From positions 1-64,000 of IMG/VR virus record IMGVR_UViG_3300031994_000078: a stretch of 64,000 bases of DNA; one strand, 5' to 3'. Under the pieces are notes generated by a model. It had not been told where the DNA came from and made no database searches. It saw only the letters and a list, made by a program, of their open reading frames with translations. Both the position numbers and the translations under genes were made by a program. Positions 59,588 through 64,000 of the stretch are shown in pieces (position 1 is the first letter of the stretch; every line of letters begins with the position of its first letter). The DNA is from an uncultured virus (IMG/VR IMGVR_UViG_3300031994_000078) (Duplodnaviria; Heunggongvirae; Uroviricota; Caudoviricetes).

Positions 59588-60596
59588 TTAAAGCACCTAA
59601 CAATTCTTTTTGTAAATTTTCATCTTCTTTAATTGCTTTGGTAATCTCTAATTTACCTTTATACTTTTGCCCATTATACTCATAAATAACATTATTTGGA
59701 TGTTGTATAATATTTGCTTTAAGACATTCAGTTAAAAGTTCACTAGCAGTATCTACACCAACAGATAAATTTTCTGGACCTATATCAAAATAAACATCAA
59801 ACTCACATGACATTTTAGGTCTATACAACTTATTCTTTTCTGTAGTAACTTTAACTCTTTGTCCTGCTAAACCTTCATCTTTATTTTTTGGATCTTTATA
59901 ATAAGTAAATTCTGCACCTGTACGTTTATAAACATAAACTTTTATTGCATCATAAAATGTTAATGCTTTACCACCAGTAGACTGATTTGGGTTACCAAAC
60001 ATAACACCTGGATTAGACCTTACTTGATTAATCCATATTAATGCTGTTTTATTTTTAGCTCCTAAAGCTGCATTTACTTTTCTTAAACCTAAAGAAAGCA
60101 TCCTTGCTTGCTCAGCAATTGCACTACCTTCTTCAAGTCCTTTATCTATCTGAGATTGTGGTGTTAATGCAGATATAGAATCTACTACAACTAAGTCTAC
60201 TTCTGCTTCTATAAACTTAATCACATCTTCTAAGAAAGACTCTCCAGATCTTGGAGAACCATCGACAGTTCCACTTACTAAAAGTTGATTTGGATCAATT
60301 CCTAAATTTAAAGCCCAATCCCTTGTAAATGAATTCTCTGCGTCTATTAAAGCTGCTACACCACCATTCTTCTGAACTTCTTTAATTGCAAGATAAGCCA
60401 TTAAAGATTTTCCAGAAGATGGATCTCCATATAGTTCTGTCATTCTTCCCATAGGATAACCACCACCAAGTATACGGTCAAGACCAATTGACCCAGAAGG
60501 TAACCTAGGAACTTCTGGTTGATTATCTCCAACAATTAGTGTATTCATACCTTGCTTTTTTAAACTATCTAAAATACTTTTCAAGTCTTTAGCCAT
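59574..60596 (-). CDS. recA: RecA recombinase (start revised to MAKDL)
   Basis: GGGYPMGRMTELYGDPSSGKS, IDAE, VVVDS, QARMLS, INQVR, GGKALTFY. Confidence 0.95.
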   Translation of the reverse strand: MAKDLKSILDSLKKQGMNTLIVGDNQPEVPRLPSGSIGLDRILGGGYPMGRMTELYGDPSSGKSLMAYLAIKEVQKNGGVAALIDAENSFTRDWALNLGIDPNQLLVSGTVDGSPRSGESFLEDVIKFIEAEVDLVVVDSISALTPQSQIDKGLEEGSAIAEQARMLSLGLRKVNAALGAKNKTALIWINQVRSNPGVMFGNPNQSTGGKALTFYDAIKVYVYKRTGAEFTYYKDPKNKDEGLAGQRVKVTTEKNKLYRPKMSCEFDVYFDIGPENLSVGVDTASELLTECLKANIIQHPNNVIYEYNGQKYKGKLEITKAIKEDENLQKELLGALNVSN

Positions 60597-60656
60597 TTTT
60601 AACCTCATAAAATTCCCTTACCATATAATATAGTAAGGGAAGTATTTACTTTATAA

Positions 60657-61349
60657 TTATAGCTTACTACCAAAATCTACTTTTTTAACCGGAGGCATAG
60701 TTCCAAAATTTTGATTTGTTGGATTAGTTACTCTCTGTCCCATATTAGGAGCAGGATTTATACTAGGTCCAGCATATGGTTGTTGTTGGAACTGTTGATA
60801 CATACCATTTGGTTGATTATTAATTGGTTTAATTGATTGATAATTAACTTTCAATGGTGGTTGCTGTTGCTGAAACTGTTGCGATTGCTGTTGAGGTTCT
60901 GGCATAATCATATGTTCTTGTGGAAACATTAACGGTTCTGCACCTCGTGCATTAGGTGAATAAGGTAAATATTTATCAACCTTCAAATATATATTACCTT
61001 TCTGACTTCTTTTTTTAGAAACCATCAAAAGAATTTTTGTTCCACCTTTTATCATATCAGTATTAAATGTTGCTAAATCAAAATTATTTGTAGTATCAAT
61101 ACCTAACGATACAAGTAAACCATCTAATTTATTACCAGGTGCCCATGATGTAGAAGTAAATAAACTTACAAAAATCTTAATTTTATTTACTTCATCTAAT
61201 GTGAACAACCATTTAATCTGTGGTCCATACTGTCCTTGTTCTTCACTACATTTTACAAATGATGCAGGATAAATTCCATCCTCTACATAATTTAAATCTG
61301 GTCTTGGTTCGTTACTGTAATCTTTTGCTTCTTGCCTTGTTAAAATCAT
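60657..61349 (-). CDS. Probable single-stranded DNA-binding protein with Q/P/N-rich tail
   Basis: DGIYPA...GQYGPQIKW.F OB-fold-like N-terminus, disordered tail, next to recA. Confidence 0.5.
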   Translation of the reverse strand: MILTRQEAKDYSNEPRPDLNYVEDGIYPASFVKCSEEQGQYGPQIKWLFTLDEVNKIKIFVSLFTSTSWAPGNKLDGLLVSLGIDTTNNFDLATFNTDMIKGGTKILLMVSKKRSQKGNIYLKVDKYLPYSPNARGAEPLMFPQEHMIMPEPQQQSQQFQQQQPPLKVNYQSIKPINNQPNGMYQQFQQQPYAGPSINPAPNMGQRVTNPTNQNFGTMPPVKKVDFGSKL

Positions 61350-61383
61350 TTTTTACTCTCCTATGTTCAATTTATTATATATT

Positions 61384-61404
61384 ATCTGTGAGGTCCTCAC
61401 AGAT
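61384..61404. promoter_or_regulatory. Intergenic inverted repeat (terminator or operator)
   Basis: ATCTGTGAG-GTC-CTCACAGAT; T-run on the + side only. Confidence 0.45.
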
Positions 61405-61409
61405 TTTTT

Positions 61410-61937
61410 CTAATTTATAGTCATGCGTTCACGCACATCTGGATGTACTACCATAGACATCTTTATTAAATCAATCTGCTTTTCAAGTAAATCTTGTTTA
61501 TTTTCTAAATCTTTTGCAATAGTAGAAATAACTTGATTAAAAACATTTGCTTGAGATAAGTTATCTTCTGCTTTTTGTAAATCTGCATATTGATTTTGCA
61601 ACTTAACAGCAGCAGCTGCTTCCCTTTTTTCTTTAGATGTTTGTGCTAAAACATCTGGATCAGAACTCATTGCAATCGCAAACTCTGTTCCATAACTAGA
61701 TTTAGCATTATTTGCTAATCTTTGTGCATTAGATTTATTTTTTAATGCATGCAATAGTATATCTGTCATCCTTTCTTTAGCAGCTTGTATTTTAGATAAC
61801 TGTTTATTTATTCCAGGAAATCCTAACTCTGCTATAGGATCTTCTACTAACTGAACTGTATCACGTAAACTCTTTGCTTCATTAATATAATTTTCACAAT
61901 CTTGATATGATAATAATTCTATATTTTCTAATTGCAT
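61410..61937 (-). CDS. Coiled-coil protein, possible UvsY-like recombination mediator
   Basis: All-helical 175 aa near SSB/RecA; function inferred from context only. Confidence 0.35.
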   Translation of the reverse strand: MQLENIELLSYQDCENYINEAKSLRDTVQLVEDPIAELGFPGINKQLSKIQAAKERMTDILLHALKNKSNAQRLANNAKSSYGTEFAIAMSSDPDVLAQTSKEKREAAAAVKLQNQYADLQKAEDNLSQANVFNQVISTIAKDLENKQDLLEKQIDLIKMSMVVHPDVRERMTIN

Positions 61938-62137
61938 TATCTTTTACCTCCGAATATATTAGCTATATCAGTATTTACCATACTTACACACTTCTGAAAT
62001 AACTCTGCTGATTTCTGATTTAATTCTTCATCATTTGCAACTTCAAACGTTTCTGTAAGTGAAACAGAAAACTTATAAGAATTATAATCTTGTGAGATTG
62101 TTTGGGAATAACCTTTTGTTACTGTTACTTGTTTCAT
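61937..62137 (-). CDS. Small hypothetical protein
   Basis: 66 aa, AGGAG RBS. Confidence 0.55.
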   Translation of the reverse strand: MKQVTVTKGYSQTISQDYNSYKFSVSLTETFEVANDEELNQKSAELFQKCVSMVNTDIANIFGGKR

Positions 62138-62153
62138 TTGTTTCTCCTGTTAC

Positions 62154-62669
62154 TTATTTAATATTCTCATTATATAATATCTTTTTTAAATTGTCAAGTA
62201 TTTGATTATATTTATCAAAATTAATTTCTACTTTATTTATAATAATATCTTCTAAATATAAATCAAACAATTGCATACAATACATACAGGAGTTCATTTT
62301 ACTTGGATAAGCTTTAATATAATTATAAAACAATTCTGAACTATCTTTTAATAAACTTTGAAAAAAATCAATAGGTTTTTTATATTGTGTAGTTAATTTA
62401 TATTTTAAAAATGTAGTTCCTAATTCTTGTTTTATTTCATAAATAGGCTTCTTTTCCATAAACGAAATTAATGTTAAAGCATCTCCAGACTTTTTACAAG
62501 TAAAACAATAAAATGAATTTGTCTTAGGATATATTGTAAGATTAGGTGTATTTTTATCATTGTGAAATGGACATAAACAAACATATCTATCACCAGACTC
62601 TTTTAAATCAAAGTTATAGTGTTTAAAAATTGAAACTATATCTAATTGTGGTAAACTAGAAAGTTGCAC
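62154..62669 (-). CDS. Stand-alone CHC2 primase zinc-finger protein
   Basis: CLCPFHNDKNTPNL...FYCFTCKKSGD. Confidence 0.85.
   Translation of the reverse strand: MQLSSLPQLDIVSIFKHYNFDLKESGDRYVCLCPFHNDKNTPNLTIYPKTNSFYCFTCKKSGDALTLISFMEKKPIYEIKQELGTTFLKYKLTTQYKKPIDFFQSLLKDSSELFYNYIKAYPSKMNSCMYCMQLFDLYLEDIIINKVEINFDKYNQILDNLKKILYNENIK
62169..62197 (-). promoter_or_regulatory. sigma70-type promoter within the 3' end of the CHC2 gene
   Basis: TTGACA-N17-TATAAT, perfect consensus. Confidence 0.75.
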
Positions 62670-63981
62670 TTACTGGCTCCTCCATCCGCATGTTTGAAAA
62701 CATCGCAGTTATATCAAATTGACATTTCTGTCCATCTCTAACTTTTGGTGTACTTGCAGTCATCTCTACAATAGAAAGTCCTTGCATAGCTGAAACCGGG
62801 TCTTTAAGTTTTAAAGCAAGAACTGTATCTGCATGATGAATAACCATAAATGAATTTGCTATATCTGTCATATTATAAACTGGGTTTTTAGAATTCTTTA
62901 CTGCTTCAGATTTAACCTGCATAGCTGTAAGTACTGGGATTTTAAATGTTCTTGCTAAATGTCTAACATCTAAAGCTATGTTACCGAGCTCTTCCCATTT
63001 CTGTCCTGTAGATTTTTTAGGACGCATAATACCTAAGTAATCTATAATAATTAAATCTATCTTATGCTTTACTGAAATTTCTTCATACTTAGCTGCAATT
63101 GAGTCTGCATTACATGTTGGATTATCTACAATATAAAATATATTTTCTTTCTGTTTAAAAGCCTGCATTGTATCTAAAAATCTTGTATTCTCTTCTGCAG
63201 TTAATATACCATCTCTGAATCTATCAATATTTATATTTGCAGCAAGAGATATAAATCTACGAATGATTTGATCTTTAGGTAACTCTATTGAAAAATATAA
63301 AATATTTTTTCCTTGTGCATATAAATGTCTAGCTACATTAATTAAAAAAACTGACTTACCTTCATTAGAACCTGCAATAACAATATCTAACTCTCCAGCT
63401 TTTAATCCGCCAGTTGCTTTATCAAATGTAGGAAAACCTGTTTGTAATCCTACAGACATTTCACCTTGTTGTACCTTTTTATATTTATCGTAAAACTCAT
63501 CTAAACTTAAAGCTAAATCACCTTCCACAACTTCTGAAGTTTCTAATGAACTAACTTTATTTAAACCTTTTTGTATTTTTAATATTGTATTATCTAAATC
63601 TGAAGAATCTAAAGAACTTGTAACATCAAGTAAAGAATTTCTTATAATAAATAAACTGTATTCTTTTCTTATAGTATCTAATAGGAAAGTAAAATTCGTT
63701 GTTAATACATAATCATTAGCTTGTTTTAAATATTGAAGTATAGGAATAGCCTGTTCTGGTTTAGAACAAATACTTGTTATAAATGTTTCTGCTTGTGCTA
63801 AAGTTAATAACTCATTATATGTTCTATAAAAACTTATAATACAATAACAAGCTGACCTTGATGCAGAAAATCCAGAAACAGAAAAATCTATACAATTAAA
63901 ATCAAATGGTTTACTTAATATATATAAAAGGTCTTCTTTATTTTTTAATATATGACTTGTAAATTCTAAATTTAAATCCAT
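62656..63981 (-). CDS. dnaB: DnaB-like replicative helicase
   Basis: TGFPTFD..TGG, Walker A AGSNEGKS, FSIE, IIIDY, TAMQ, HADTV, KVRDG. Confidence 0.92.
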   Translation of the reverse strand: MDLNLEFTSHILKNKEDLLYILSKPFDFNCIDFSVSGFSASRSACYCIISFYRTYNELLTLAQAETFITSICSKPEQAIPILQYLKQANDYVLTTNFTFLLDTIRKEYSLFIIRNSLLDVTSSLDSSDLDNTILKIQKGLNKVSSLETSEVVEGDLALSLDEFYDKYKKVQQGEMSVGLQTGFPTFDKATGGLKAGELDIVIAGSNEGKSVFLINVARHLYAQGKNILYFSIELPKDQIIRRFISLAANINIDRFRDGILTAEENTRFLDTMQAFKQKENIFYIVDNPTCNADSIAAKYEEISVKHKIDLIIIDYLGIMRPKKSTGQKWEELGNIALDVRHLARTFKIPVLTAMQVKSEAVKNSKNPVYNMTDIANSFMVIHHADTVLALKLKDPVSAMQGLSIVEMTASTPKVRDGQKCQFDITAMFSNMRMEEPVSATF

Positions 63982-64000
63982 ATTACAAAATTACTCCTTC

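Noticed and set aside
60613..60641. Inverted repeat TTCCCTTAC...GTAAGGGAA upstream of recA
   Set aside because: A real hairpin but a single copy with an 11-nt loop and short T tract; cannot distinguish terminator, operator or chance.
60780..60900. CAA/CAG-rich repeats
   Set aside because: They encode the Gln-rich disordered tail of the SSB-like protein; not a DNA-level element.

Overview
This is 64 kb of a large, very AT-rich (roughly one-quarter GC by eye) myovirus-like phage genome read in the standard bacterial code. Nearly all genes are on the minus strand. In transcription order (right to left) it carries four blocks. (1) Replication/recombination: DnaB, a primase split into two distant genes, an SSB-like protein, RecA, a split SbcC plus SbcD, and a family A polymerase with a UDG-like N-terminal domain. 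(2) An operon of groES, groEL, primase TOPRIM, a NusG paralog and a tandem sigma4-like HTH protein. (3) Head genes: terminase with an HNH intein, portal, protease, scaffold, decoration protein, major capsid protein, M15 endolysin and many probable internal virion proteins. (4) Neck and tail genes: sheath, three tube paralogs, a frameshifted chaperone and a tape measure-like protein. Selfish nucleases are dense: IscB with omegaRNA, TnpB with reRNA, a GIY-YIG, three intact and one decayed repeat-containing PD-(D/E)XK-like endonucleases, and the intein. Three observations stand out. First, a motif CCTTGACA-N5-ATCATAWT occurs eight times. It resembles a sigma70 promoter with a 7-bp instead of 17-bp spacer, precedes late genes and tnpB, and sits beside a candidate cognate regulator pair. 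Second, the TnpB cassette has an empty site that can be reconstructed cleanly, and the cassette rebuilds the start codon, RBS and promoter of the gene it interrupts. Third, a covarying pseudoknotted RNA lies in the leaders of two repeat endonucleases. No tRNA, rRNA or CRISPR array was seen. All calls come from motif recognition by eye; no database searches were run.
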